Positions 37,731 to 50,972 of a stretch of 64,000 nt of DNA are shown piece after piece; the first letter of the stretch is position 1; every line of letters starts with the position of its first letter. A program made the position numbers and the translations under genes. Under the pieces are notes generated by a model, which made no database searches, was not told where the DNA came from, and saw nothing but the letters and a program-made list of their open reading frames with translations. Source of the DNA: Eledone cirrhosa (taxonomy: Eukaryota); NCBI GenBank assembly GCA_964016885.1, contig OZ024753.1, forward strand, positions 15,810,001-15,874,000. Direction: 5' to 3'.

Positions 37731-39622
37731 TCTATAAAAGGCAGATTTTTGTGTCTGTATGTATGTTTCAATTTTATACATTTACACAATTCCAAAAATA
37801 TTGAATGAATAATTAAGCAGAATGTTTACAAATATTCTAACTTGGGTCATGGGCGAACTTATTGGGTAAAAAATGCCCCAATTACGGAAAAATCGATTTA
37901 TTTCAACAATCGATGATTTCTCCTCTCTCATATGATATACGTTTCCTATATCTACTCCCTTCATCACCTCCCCTTAAAATTGCTACCTTCTCTTATAAGT
38001 GTTTGTGAAAAAGAGAAACATTGAAAAAAACATATACGACCAATGTTCTACATTCAAGCGTAACAGTCGACGGCGAGAAGCTGCACGCGGTGTGACGAGC
38101 CCCAACAGCCCTTACTGGCACCTACGGGCTTTCAAGTATGAGCAAAACGTTAATTACTCGATGCGCTCTGACATAAATATAGGCGAGATGCGCTTCAATT
38201 GCCAATTCTGCAATGCTACAAAGTGGGCTGGGGAGCCACCTGCAATGTGCTGCTTAAACAGTAAGGTCACCTTGCCCCCTCTTACGGAACCGCCAGAGCC
38301 TTTGTAGGAACTACTGACTGGTTATACCTCAAGGTCAAAAAAAAAAACCCTGATCCCCCCAATAAAAAACGATCCTGGGGGTACCGGAAAAACTTTTGTA
38401 ACGAATTTGATTCTCGCTAAGATTCGTCAGGAGAAAAAAGTTGCATCGTCCGGAATTGCTGCCACCTTGCTGCCGGGAAGCAGGACAGCACATTCAACCT
38501 TTAAACTCCATTTGGATTTAGTAAAAACTGAGACACCAACATGCAATATCAGCAAGAGTTCACACAAAGCTCTGGTTCTCAAAAGATGTTGCCTCATTGT
38601 TTGGGATGAGTGCACAATGGCACACAAGGGTGCCCTTGAGGCATTGGACAAGGCCCGGAAAGACATTAGGGATTCTACGGCTCCTATGGGTGGTGTAACC
38701 CTTCTGCTATCATGGGATTTTCGGAAAACGCTGCCTGTCATACCCAAATGGACAAGAGCTGATGAAGTGCGTGCCTGTCTTAAGTCGTCCATGTTGTGGC
38801 TCCAGGTGAATAGTTTGTACCCGAGCACAAATATGCGTGCTCATTTGCATGGTGACAACATGTCTGCAGCACAGAACATTTTAGCACTTGGTGAGGGCAA
38901 GATCCCTGCGGATGACAAGGGCGGCATAGCAATCGACACCCTGTGCAACATTGTGAGCAGCCCTTCTGACCTTTGGGAAGCAGTTTTTCCTAATGTCTCA
39001 TCTAACTTTAAAAACCTCGATTGGTTCAGCGAAAGAGCCATCCTTGCTCCGAAAAAATACCATGGTTAATTTTATTAATGAGCAGCTGATTGAGAAGATT
39101 CCCGGTAAAGAGCACATCTTCAAATCAGACCCCGACGATATTGTTAATTATCCGGTTGAGTTATTAAATCTCCTTGAGCCCCAGGGCTCCCACCTCACAT
39201 TATTAAGCTTAGGGTTGGCTGTCCCATTATGCTAATAAGGAACTTGCGTCCACCAAAGCAGTGCAACGGTACTCGCATGGTCGTCAAGTCACTGACACCC
39301 ACTTGATTGAGGCCACCATTGTAACGGGGTGCGGAAGAGGAGAGAATGTTTTCATTCCAAGGATGAACCTTTTCCCCTCGGCGTCAGATATCCCGTTCGA
39401 TTTCCGGCAATCACAATTCCCGGTCTACTAAATTCGCTATTGGAAGATTATTAACCCATCATTGATTGAACAAAATGCTAATTGGTTCGTAACTTTTAAT
39501 AACCGGTTCAACTGCTTTATGCACTTAATTGATAAGCTTATTCGCTTTCAAACCACATTTACCTGTATGTAACTTTTCATAGCAAATGAACAAATCCGAG
39601 CAACGCTGGGCTAAACTACTAG
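37731..39622 (+). mobile_element. Internally deleted Helitron (Zn region plus Pif1-like helicase, Rep domain missing)
   Basis: A|TCTATAAAAG 5' end. CQFCNA.KW.GE..MCC, PGGTGKTF, ASSGIAATLL, IVWDEC, CNGTR, QFPV. 3' hairpin CCGAGCAACGCTGGG plus CTAG|T. Confidence 0.92.
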
Positions 39623-39831
39623 TATATATATAAATGAAGAATTAGAAATAGAAGTTAGGAATATCCATCATCAGTTGTCTACTAGCCATAATAGGCATTT
39701 CTTTGCATTACAGACAATATACCTCCGGCTAGAGTGATACAATAACTAAAATAAATTATTGGGATAAAAAGAGTTGGGTGGAGAAAGAGAAAGACAAGTA
39801 AACAGACACAAATGGTGAGGCAACATAAAGA

Positions 39832-40287
<456 letters not shown>

Positions 40288-40661
40288 TATTTGCTGGCAT
40301 GATATCATTGGTCACCTGTTCTAATTACTCCAAACTGCCCTTTAATTTATTACATTTATAGCAAAAAAAATATTGCTTACTCATAAATATTCAACAATTA
40401 TTACAGGTGCATATATAGTACTACATTTATGTACAAGACCACATTCCAGCCCACATAATGGCAAAGGAGATTAAATATAGTTCATATTTATAAAGAGACA
40501 GTGATGGAATGACAAAATCAGTAGAGCATCGTATAAAATGTCATTGTGCTATTTGTTCTGGCTCTTTATATTTTAAGTTCAAATCCTACCACCGTCAATT
40601 TTAACTTTCATCCTTCCAGGGTTAATAATATAAAGTAACAGTCAAATACTGGGGCTTCGGT

Positions 40662-41093
40662 TTAACCCTTTAGCATTCACATTACTCTACATATACTATT
40701 ATATTTTCATGGTAAAGGCTTTACCTCACATAATACCTCACATAATATCGAATCTATGAGATTTTGAAAGTATTTATTTTGGGAACAATACCTTAACATC
40801 AGTTTGAGTGACCAGTTACAGCCAGTTTCAACAGAAAGAAGTAGAGAATTCTGGCCGGGTTGAACATTAAGGGGTTAATCCATTAGCATTTAAACTGGCC
40901 ATATTCGGCCATAATTCTCTAACATCTTTCTGTTCAAACCAGCCCTAACTGGCCATTCATACTGATGTTAAGGTATTGTTTTCAAAATAAATAACATCAA
41001 AATCTCGTAGTTGTAAGATAATTATGTAAGGTAAAGCTTTTACCACAAAAGTTCTATAGTATATATAGAGTAATGTAAATGCTGAAGGGTTAA
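40662..41093. mobile_element. Two inverted piggyBac-like MITEs sharing a central TTAA, nested in a Meta-like SINE
   Basis: TTAA|CCCTTTAGCATT...GGGG|TTAA (40875-40878)|TCCATTAGCATT...AATGCTGAAGGG|TTAA. SINE sequence continues on both sides. Confidence 0.8.
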
Positions 41094-41151
41094 TCAACTT
41101 TGTCCTCCAACCTACCCCATTAAAAAATGTTCTGGCCTTGTGCCTAAATTC

Positions 41152-41575
41152 ATCATTATCATCACCGTTTTACGTCCGTTCTTCCATGCTAGCATGGGTT
41201 AGACGGGTTGACCTGTTGTGGGCAGTGTCCAGTCGGCTGACCTTGTCTTGCTCATACGGGAACTGATTCTGGCTTGATTTTTACAGCTGGATGCCCTTCC
41301 TAACACCAACCTCCTTTACAGTGAGTGCTGGGTGCTTTTTTTTCCCGTGGCGCCTCATGTCCAATTTACAGTGAGTGCCGGGTGCTTTTTTGCCGTGGCA
41401 CCTCCACGACCACTTTGCAGTGGAATGCATCTCATTTCTACAGATGATTAAACTGGAGCAATGTGAAATAAAGTGTCTTGCTCAAGGAAACAACACATCA
41501 GCCAGTCCGAGAATTGAACTCACAACCTTTCGATTGCAAGCCCAATGCTCTAACCACTAAGCCATGCGCCTTCAC
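41152..41575 (-). mobile_element. Composite tRNA-CORE SINE, tail type C
   Basis: Head at 41575. Tail AACCCATGCTAGCATGGAAGAACGGACGTAAAACGGTGATG. Confidence 0.85.
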
Positions 41576-43139
41576 AAATTAGAAATCAATATTTATAACA
41601 CATAGAGCAGGTGGTTGAGCACTCTACAAAATACCTGGTAGCATTGATCTATGTTGCTAAATGTTCTGAGTTTAAATCCTTTCATAAGGTGTGTGACGTA
41701 ATGGTTAAAGAATTGATTCCACAATCATGAGGGTGCAACTTTGATCCCGGATTTGGCTGATGTGTTGTGACCTTGAGCAAGACACTTTATTTCAAGTTGC
41801 TCTTTTTGCGAGGAGTTGCAACTGGTAGATAATATCAGCAATGGAAAAATCAATAGAAACATTATTTCCTTGGTCTGTCTGATTTGACAAGTTCCACCTC
41901 GCTCCGCAAGCAAATGAGGTCTGGGACCTTATCAGTCAATTCCTAAATTACTAAATAATCAGCATTACTTTTCATCTCAGTGGGCTCAGGAAAATAAAAT
42001 ACCAGTTATACGCTGAGAGCAGTTTAATCCTTTGTGATCTTCCATCACTCAAAGTTGATAAAAAAAAGTACCAGTTTAATACTGGAGTCGATTCTTCCTC
42101 TGTCTCTCTCACTTCCATTCTCTCACTCTTAATCTTTCTCAGGCAGAAATCTGCTGTAGTTAGAGCTGGAGAGGAGATGTGCTCTGCCAGGTTTTAAAAT
42201 GCCCTAGAAATACTTTATCTCAATACAACACCCCTATAATTCCCACAGGAGTTACAGGACCAAATGTGTGGCTGATGCCTTGTCAAGAATTCATATTTAA
42301 TAAAATGATATATAGAAAGAGAGGATACAATATCAGCTCTAAGTAAAAGATGTATGAATTCATTAAAACCAGTCAAGGCAACCATATTTGAGCAGTGAAC
42401 CACATGGGATATAGCTCAACATAATGAAGACAACACTACTAAAATAACTGAAGGCAATCCCTTTCAAAGTGTTGCTCCAGCATGGTTGCATTCTAATGGC
42501 TGAAACCAGTAAAAGTGTAAACAAGTATATTTGATTTAAGCAATTAATCCAATAAGTATGTTATGAAATTCAAATGTTTTGCTATAAACTAACAATTTGA
42601 CCAGCAAACCAATCATTTTCTATGAAGGTATAGTTAAATAGTGTGAAGGACAGTAATAATTAATAAGATAAAAGACTGCTGGAGTCTACTACAAGATAAC
42701 AAGGATTATTTGATGCTTTCACATCAGTTCAATTAATAGGAAAAATATTATACGCCTGGTCATTCAGTTTACACTTTATCTTCCCCAAGGATGCCAAAGC
42801 AATTCAGTCTAACATTTTGTTAAGTGGCCTTAAATAATATACTTTCCGATCTAATGAAAATAAATTAAGATAAGTGGTTTAATAACACGAATAGGTTTTC
42901 ACATTGGATTCAGCTTCAGAGCAAATACTATTTTTATTTTATCAGACGTGACAGAATTATTTTTCGCTCTGTAATAGAGGCAATTATTAAACTGACTAAA
43001 TACATAACCCATTGTTTTACAGATGGAATAAATAATATTAAGTTTCTTCATCTTATCCTAATAAAACTCTGTTCATCAATTACTTATATCATCATCATCA
43101 TCGTTTAACGTCTATCTTCCACGCTAGCATGGGTTTATA

Positions 43140-43556
43140 TATCATCATTTTTACTTCAGTTTTTTCCATGCTTGCATAGATTGGATATGTTGTCTCAACA
43201 CCACATTTCTCCACTTACCATGTTCCTTTGCTATCTCCACTGTAAATCTGAGGGATTTGAGGTCAGCTCTCACCACTTCTGCCCAGGTCTTTCTTGGTTT
43301 ACCTAAATATGTGGCCTCATTCAACTAACACTTCTTCACCCATCGATCATCATCCATGTGCATCACATATCTGTACCAATGCAGTCTTCTCTCTTACACA
43401 CCACCTCAGATTCCTCTTATACCCAGCTTCTCCCCCAGTTCATCTAAGCACTGTCTTTCTCTCACATTTATATTGCACATCCAACAAAGCATGATTGCTT
43501 CATTTCTCTCCAGTCTATGCATATCTTCTACAGTCACTTCCTATGTTTCACTACCG
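43140..43556 (-). mobile_element. Old RTE LINE 3' fragment
   Basis: Homologous to 1610-2405 and 29000-29400. Confidence 0.75.
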
Positions 43557-43794
43557 TTTATATATATATATGTGTCTTTAGACCTATAACGTCTGATGGA
43601 ATTAATCAGCAGCAGCAATCGCAACCACCAGCAACACCAATAACAGCAACATTGATGATGATACTAACGACACCAACAACAGTAAATATGGCCAAGACAT
43701 CATCTCAGGACCTGACTTGTCTCATAATATCACAATCCTTCTAACCCATGCAAGCCTGGAAAATGGATGTTAAACGATGATGATGGTGACGATA

Positions 43795-44146
43795 ATTGTT
43801 TCTACTTTAGGCACAAGGCCAGCAATTACCCCAGTACATTACTAGTACTTTTATCGACCCCGTAAGGATGAAAGGCAAAGTTAACCTCAACGACATTCGA
43901 CTCAGACCGTAAAGGGACATAACTATGCTGGAAAACATGGCAATTGATCCTCTACCAATGATAATCGTTTCTACTTTTGGCACAAGGCCAGCAATTACCC
44001 AGTACATTACTGGTACTTTATTTTATCGACCCCGTAAGGATGAAAGGCAAAGCTTCCTTTGGCGGGATTTGAACTCAGACCGTAAAGGGACGTAACTATG
44101 CTGGAAAGCATGGCGTCCGACCCTCTACCGATACTGCCAATCCACC
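43795..44146 (-). mobile_element. Two tandem/nested Meta-like SINEs
   Basis: Duplicated SINE blocks, with CCTCTACCAATGATAAT repeated at ~43949 and ~44146 (TSD-like). Confidence 0.8.
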
Positions 44147-44190
44147 CTCTACCAATGATAATGATGATATTTATTATGTGAGTGGCTGGC

Positions 44191-44362
44191 TTTTTTTAAT
44201 TACAGGTAGAACTCATTTTTTTAATTACAGGTAGAACTCATTTTTTTAATTACAGGTAGAACTCATTTTTTTAATTACAGGTAGAACTCATTTTTTTAAT
44301 TACAGGTAGAACTCATTTTTTTAATTACAGGTAGAACTCATTTTTTAATTACAGGTAGAACT
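44191..44362. repeat. 25-bp tandem repeat, 7 copies
   Basis: TTTTTTTAATTACAGGTAGAACTCA. Confidence 0.95.
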
Positions 44363-44633
44363 TGTGTGAAATAAAGTGCCTTGCTAAAAGGTCACAATAC
44401 ATTTTGTGAAGTGTATTGGTAGAATTAATAGTGTTGAACAAAAACCACATTCTTCTTTCATCCCTTTACATTCTAAGTTCAAATCCTGCCATGGTCAAAA
44501 ATGCCTTTCATTATTCGTGGAGGTCAATAAAATAAGTTGCAGTGAAGTGAGGCAGATGGGTTTATTTGACTACATGTTTCTTGGCACACGTATTGTACAT
44601 TGCTCACACATACACACACACACACACATATAT

Positions 44634-45212
44634 ATCATCATCATCATCGTTTAACGTCTATCTTCCATGCTAGCATGGGTTTAGACGGGAATTGTCCCAC
44701 TTGATGCAAGATTGGTCGTCTCGCTCATATAGGACTGTCTGGCAGGCTTTCTATGGCTGGATGGCCCTCCTAACACCAACCACGTTTACAGTGTGAACTA
44801 GGAGGTTTTTACCGTGTTACCCTACACGGCCACATTACTGCGTGGACTGTGTGTTTTTTTGTCGTGACACCTACACGACCTCATTTATTTAGGACTGGAT
44901 GTTGTGGTACCAACATAACATTACAGAGAAAAGGGAGGTGTTGATGGGGGGGGGGGGGTTGAGGTAGTGGTATTGGGGTGTATATTTGATTAAGAGGTGC
45001 CTACTGACTGTAGGCTTCGCTTTGTACTTAGGCAAGGCGGGTCTTCTGTATTACTGCGTAGCGCCAAAGATCTTGGTCCAGCGACATTGTCTTAGAGAGG
45101 TGTAAGTGTGTAAGATCAGAATTTATCAAATCGTCCCAGGTTTTTCCGTTAATTTTGATCGCCCTGCACTTTTTTATACAGCTGTCGTCTTTCATGCACA
45201 TCACATGACCAT
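44634..45212 (-). mobile_element. RTE family A 3' fragment
   Basis: Reverse complement similar to 25665-26248. Confidence 0.88.
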
Positions 45213-46299
45213 ATATATATATATATAGAAAGAGAGAGAGAAGGTGAAATTGGAAATAGCACGGAAAATGTATTTAGGGTCTGTTTTTCTTTTTTTCCTT
45301 TCTTTGATTCGTCAAAGTGACATTATTGAAAAAATGAGAGAGACAATTCTTTTAAAAAAGAGTTTTATAATGTATATAAAATATATAAAGTATAACGGTT
45401 TCGATGTATTAGTAAAATTCATCTTATCAAATGTTGAGAATTACAATTAAAAAGATTTAATAAGAATTAAAAACGAAAAATTAAAGTTTTAAAATTAAGT
45501 GTTGAGTCAAGTTTTTTACATCTTCCTTGTTGAGAAGGAGACTGGAAAAATGGAATCTTGTATATATATAGAGAGAGATGTATAGATATGGTAGTAGCAG
45601 CAGCAGTGGTGGTAGTTGTGTTTTTTCATACAGAACAACATTGTATTTAGGGAGGAGATATTCTGTAAACATGTGTGTGTATCTCAATTGTGAAAGAAAT
45701 ATTTACCTATTTACTTAGAGCATTGCTACTGCAGTTTCATTGAGTGCTGTGAAAACCTCAGCTAACTGGAATATTTCCAAACAAGAAAGGATTCAACTGA
45801 GTTATCCACTACCATTGATAATTTCAAATGGAAGAATTATGTGACTAGTGTTCTACAGAAGGTCAGCTATATGTGGAGAATGGCAATTGAAAGGGCTGCT
45901 AGAATAAGCTGTCCAATTTGGCCAAATACTTTACTCAACCGTTAGGGAGTAATTAACAAATATACTGAAGATAAATATATATATATAAAGAGTGGAAGCT
46001 TTGCACGAAGCACTCAGTAAGAGGATATCGATAAATCGATAGGTTACATCTTAGAGTAATAAACATACGTTAAATAGTGTGACAAATTAAAAACTGTGGT
46101 TAAGGGCACAAAGCCACAGAAGCCACCACAACAATAAAAATACAATCAGGTTAAATAACTAGTATATAGATAACAAACTAGACAAATTGAATTTGTGCTA
46201 GTCTGCCAAATTTTCCACTTGCTCAACGATTTTACGGAACCAGCATTTCCCATGTGCAAGTTGGTAAATCAGAGCACACACAATGAGTTAGTTAGTGGC

Positions 46300-46530
46300 A
46301 AAATCGGTGTTATGTGGGAGCACCATACAATTACACTCCGGACCCAACGATATTGTAGTTTCGTTACTACATCCTGCGCTTGCATGTGCAAGTGCTGCAT
46401 CCAATGTGCAGAAGCTACGTGTTAATCCCAGAAGCATCTGGAAAAAAACATTCACATCCAAGACCGAGTTATCGATGGAGTGTGGTCCTTGCTTATCCTA
46501 TCGAAAAGATCTGATAGAGACTACGTAACA
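46300..46530 (+). pseudogene. Possible decayed Tc1/mariner transposase fragment
   Basis: Frame-shifted, correctly ordered motif relics GVM-W, TL..QRY..LHP and PIEKI* (cf. Tc1 PIEHVW). Weak evidence. Confidence 0.35.
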
Positions 46531-46688
46531 GTTCATGACAGCAAAAGAAGAAGGAACTACAGACCTAAACAATAGAACTAATCACATATTTAGGCAGTTA
46601 AATTTCTAACAATTTGAAAATTGGGCCAGTAGATCTCAGCCAAGTATATAAAAATACTGTCAGAATATATATATATATATATATAGAT

Positions 46689-47082
46689 ATCATCATCATC
46701 ATCATCATCATTTTACGTCCGCTTTTCCCTGTTTGCAAGGGTGGGACAGGAACTGATTCTGGCTTGATTTCTACAGCTGGATGCCCTTCCTAACACCAAA
46801 CTCATTTACAGTGAGTGCTGGGTGCTTTTTTTCCATGGCACCTACACGTCCACTTTACAGTGTGGGCTGAATGCTTTTTTGCCGTGGCACCTCCACAACC
46901 ACTTTGCAGTGGAGTGATAGGGATCCCAGTCCCTATCATCCCATTTCTACAGCTGAGTAAACTGGAGCAATATGAAATAAAGTGTCTTGCTCAAGGAAAC
47001 AACACATCACCCGGTCTGAGAATTGAACTCACAACCTTTCGGTTGCAAGGCCAATGCTCTAACAACTAAGCCATGTGCCTCC
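46689..47082 (-). mobile_element. Composite tRNA-CORE SINE, tail type B
   Basis: As 1791-2189. Confidence 0.88.
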
Positions 47083-47263
47083 AGCTATCCACCGGTGAAA
47101 CAATTGTAACACACAATAAATTGAGTTCAGATGCATCACTGATTTTTCGTTTTCTATTCTATATATATATATATATGTAAAAGGTAAACAGAAATAACAA
47201 CACAATTGGTACAGTAAACGGAAGGGATATATTAGGTTAATGCTTGATATATCAGGAAGAGGG

Positions 47264-47299
47264 TCTTAACGTTTCAGACGCTAGTCCTTCGTCAGATGA
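47264..47299 (-). ncRNA. Minimal hammerhead motif (family of 36333), partly decayed
   Basis: CTGACGA-A-GGACTAGCGTCT-GAAA-CGTT-AAGA. Confidence 0.55.
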
Positions 47300-47804
47300 A
47301 AAAATAGAAAGTTCAGTAAATCTGAGAACCGAAGTCAGCACTTGATGCAAAGCAGTTTGTATACAATAAGAACAAAGTGGAGATGTTACATAGGAGATTT
47401 ATTGCTCAATCCTGGTTACAAAAGTTTCTCTAGTAGCTGGCTCATGATCTGGGTTGGTATCCCCTGACCAGACTCCAAGACTACCTGATCCTCAGACCAG
47501 TGTTAACACAACAAATATCCCATCAAATCTGTGGATGAACCAGCAAAAACACAAACAAGTCTATAGAATGACCAAACACGGGCCTAGACTTCAACAGACG
47601 CACCTATCTCGAGCATTACAAGAAACAAAATTAGCGGAGATATATATCATATTCATCATCATTTTACGTTCACTTTTCCCTGCTTGCAAGGAGGGGACGG
47701 GTCCTATTCAGCACACCATCTCTCCACTTGTCACAGTCTTTCGTCATATATATATATATATTTATATATATATCATCATCATTATATATATGTATATATG
47801 TATA

Positions 47805-47876
<72 letters not shown>

Positions 47877-48011
47877 GATGATGATGATATATATATATAT
47901 GATGAAAGACTGTTACAAATGGAGAGATGCTGTGCTGAATAGGACCATATTAGCATACATCTAACTTCGCTCATCAGACAGAGAGTTTATGAAATATATG
48001 TATATTATAGA

Positions 48012-48570
48012 TGTATCTAGAATAAGGACGGGTTTGAAGAAGTTTAGGGAGCTGCTTTCTCTGCTGACAAAGAAGGGTTTCTCCCTGCATATGAAAGGCC
48101 GGTTATATGATGCCTGTGTAAGATACGCGATACTACATGGTAATGAGACATGGGCAGCAACTGTGGAGGATATGCGACGGCTGGAGAGAAATGAAGCAAG
48201 TATACTCCGTTGGATGTGCAATGTCAATGAGTGTGAATGACCCAGCATGGATGTGTTGAGAGAGAAACTGTGTCTGAGAGGGATAGAATGTAGTGTACGG
48301 GAGAGGAGACTGAGGTGGTATGGACGTGATGTGCATGGAGGATGACCGCTAGGTAAAGAAGTGCCCAGAAATCCCAGTAGAAGGAAGACGCAGTAGAGGT
48401 AGACCACGAAAAACATGGGCGGAGGTGGTGAGAGCAGACCTCGGATCACTGAAACTCACCGAGGAGATGACGAAGGACCGTGACAAGTGGAGAGATGCTG
48501 TGCTGAATAAGAACCCGTCCAACCCTTGCAAGCAGGGAAAAGCGGATGTAAAATGATGATGAAGATGATG
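48012..48570 (+). mobile_element. RTE family B 3' fragment
   Basis: Matches 28888-29440. Confidence 0.92.
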
Positions 48571-48584
48571 ATATTTCATAACCC

Positions 48585-48652
48585 CTTTGTCTGATGAGCG
48601 AGCTAGACATATGTTAATATTGTCTAGGGTCCTGAAACCTTTGGTAATGGAG
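48585..48652 (+). ncRNA. Type-I hammerhead motif, wobble-rich stem I
   Basis: CTTTGT-CTGATGA-..CTAGACA..TGTCTAG..-GAAA-CCTTTGG-TA-ATGGAG. Inverted partial copy at 47961-47996. Confidence 0.55.
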
Positions 48653-48699
48653 TCGTTATATATTTTGTTCACTTTCTAATTAAATATATATATATATAT

Positions 48700-48819
48700 A
48701 TAGGAAAAAATATGACCCCGACGGCAGAGCTCAAGCTGTTTCGACGACTATTTCTGGACTAGTCAGAATAGACGTCGAAACGGCTTGAGCTCTGCCGTCG
48801 GGGTCATACTTTTTCCTAT
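48700..48819. repeat. 120-bp near-perfect hairpin
   Basis: ATAGGAAAAA..TATGACCCCGACGGCAGAGCTCAAGC...GCTTGAGCTCTGCCGTCGGGGTCATA..TTTTTCCTAT. Confidence 0.9.
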
Positions 48820-49242
48820 TTCACTCTCTACTACCCTAAGTATTGAGTACTCTAGTGCGTTATAGTCCATCTGGTTCTTTACCACAATTCCTTTGTTATA
48901 TATATATATATATATATATATATGCAAAAAATAAACAGAAACAACAAACGCAAACAAGACAGTACAATGAAAAAATATATTAGTTTAAGCTTTGCTTTAA
49001 TAGGGGAAGAGACTTTTGTTCATATTAAAGGGTTAACTGTGACTTTCAATTTTGAGCTTTGCCCCGGTTTGTCGGTGAGTTAACTACAGGTAAACCTTCG
49101 AAGTCACTATTTTCCTTATAAAATATAATCTATCTATTACTTACATTTATTAAGTGTTCTCTTAGTTAATACTTAATTGTTTTTAGGTTTGATTATATAT
49201 AAAACACATAATGGATGTAAAAATGATGATATATATATATCA

Positions 49243-49589
49243 TGACTTCTGGCGTCACGCAGTAATACAGGGTACCCGACCTCCCATGGGTACAAGCTGA
49301 ATCATATAAACAATATGCCCCCACTCCCCCCACCACAAGGTGGTCGTGGAGGTGCCACGGCAAAAAAGCACCCAGCCCACACTGTAAAGTGGACGTGTAG
49401 GCGCCACGAAAAAGCACCCAGCACTCACTGTAAATGAGGTTGGTGTTAGGAAGGGCATCCAGCTGTAGAAATCAAGCCAGATCAGTTCCTGTATGAGCAA
49501 GGCATGGTCAGCCGACCAGACACTGCCCACAACAGGACAACCCGTCTAACCCATGCTAGCGTGGAAGAACGGACGTAAAACGGTGATGA

Positions 49590-49642
<53 letters not shown>

Positions 49643-49778
49643 AAGGGCATCCAGCCGTAGAAAACCCGCCAGACAGTCCTATGCGAGAAAGACAACCACT
49701 CTTGCCTCAAGTGGGAAAACTCCCGTCCAAACCCATGCAAGCATGGAATATGGACGTTAAAACGATGATGATGATGAT
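49243..49778 (+). mobile_element. RTE family C 3' end (to 49592) and family A tail (49641-49778)
   Basis: Match 10480-10812 and 26108-26248 respectively. Confidence 0.85.
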
Positions 49779-49824
49779 ATATATATATATGAGTGTGTGT
49801 GTATGTGCATGTGTAGATAAATAT

Positions 49825-50600
49825 ATCATCATCATCATCTTCGTTTAACCACAGATGACCTGGTAACCATCTCCTTCCTTCCCTCTCACCTGTCCTGTAG
49901 TCTGGGGACCACTGGACCGCCACAGATGTCCTGGCAACCATCTCCTTCCTTCCCTCTCACCTGTCCTGTAGTCTGGGGACCACTGGACCACCACAGATGA
50001 CCTGGTAACCAGCTCCCTCCATTCCTGGACCACTGGACCACCACAGATGACCTGGTAACCAGCTCCCTCCATTCCTGGACCACTGGACCACCACAGATGA
50101 CCTGGTAACCAGCTCCTTCCATTCCTGGACCACTGGACCGCCACAGATTACCTGGTAACCATCTCCTTCCATTCCTCTCACCTCTCCATCTTCATGATTA
50201 CACCCTTCATGGTTTCACCCAGCCTTATGCCTGTCTATTCCGGGATGTTGTCCTCCCATCTCTTTCTCTGTCTGCCTCTTCCTCCCTCCTTGTACTGTTC
50301 CTTGCAGGACAGTCTTGGCAAGCCCTCAAGATCTTGTCACGTGCCCCTACCATCTCTGTTTGCGTTATTTTACAATGGTCAACAGATCTTCATAGGGTCT
50401 GATGGCTTGCCAAGTTCTGTTTCCTCCTCACTGGAGATGCGGTCTCTGTAGGTGATGCCAATGCGCTTTCTGAAGCATCTCACCTCCACAGCCTGTATCC
50501 TTCTCTCCAGATCTGCTGTTTTTGTCCAAGACTCACAGATATACAAGAACATGGACATGACTAGAGAATGCATCAGACTGATATTTGATACGGTCACTAC
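49825..50600 (-). mobile_element. RTE/BovB-like 3' fragment whose tail is amplified into 71/50-bp tandem units
   Basis: LYICESWT.TADLERRIQAVEVRCFR. Units start CCACAGATGACCTGGTAACC at 49849, 49920, 49991, 50041, 50091 and 50141. Confidence 0.8.
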
Positions 50601-50972
50601 GACAAACTAAAACATGTTTTTTCTAGTCCCTTGCAACTCATAGTATTTTTAGGACATTCACAAAACATCACAAAGAAACCCAATTGTCACGGAGAAACAC
50701 TTTGAAAGTCTTCAATTCTCTCAAACATTCTGTAAGATATCCAGCAACATATACACCAAATAAATGCTGTTTAATATGATGTAGAAGTAATTATGTTTAC
50801 TTGAAAATATAATACATAATTATACGTTAATTTATATTTCTCTCTTAAGAAAACATAAACAAACAAACAATTTACTGAATTTATATTTCAGTAAATAAAT
50901 GTTTTAACGTATATTTAAGTGAATATAGTTAATTATGGGAGCATTGATTCTCTTAAGGTGGAGGGGCGGGGG

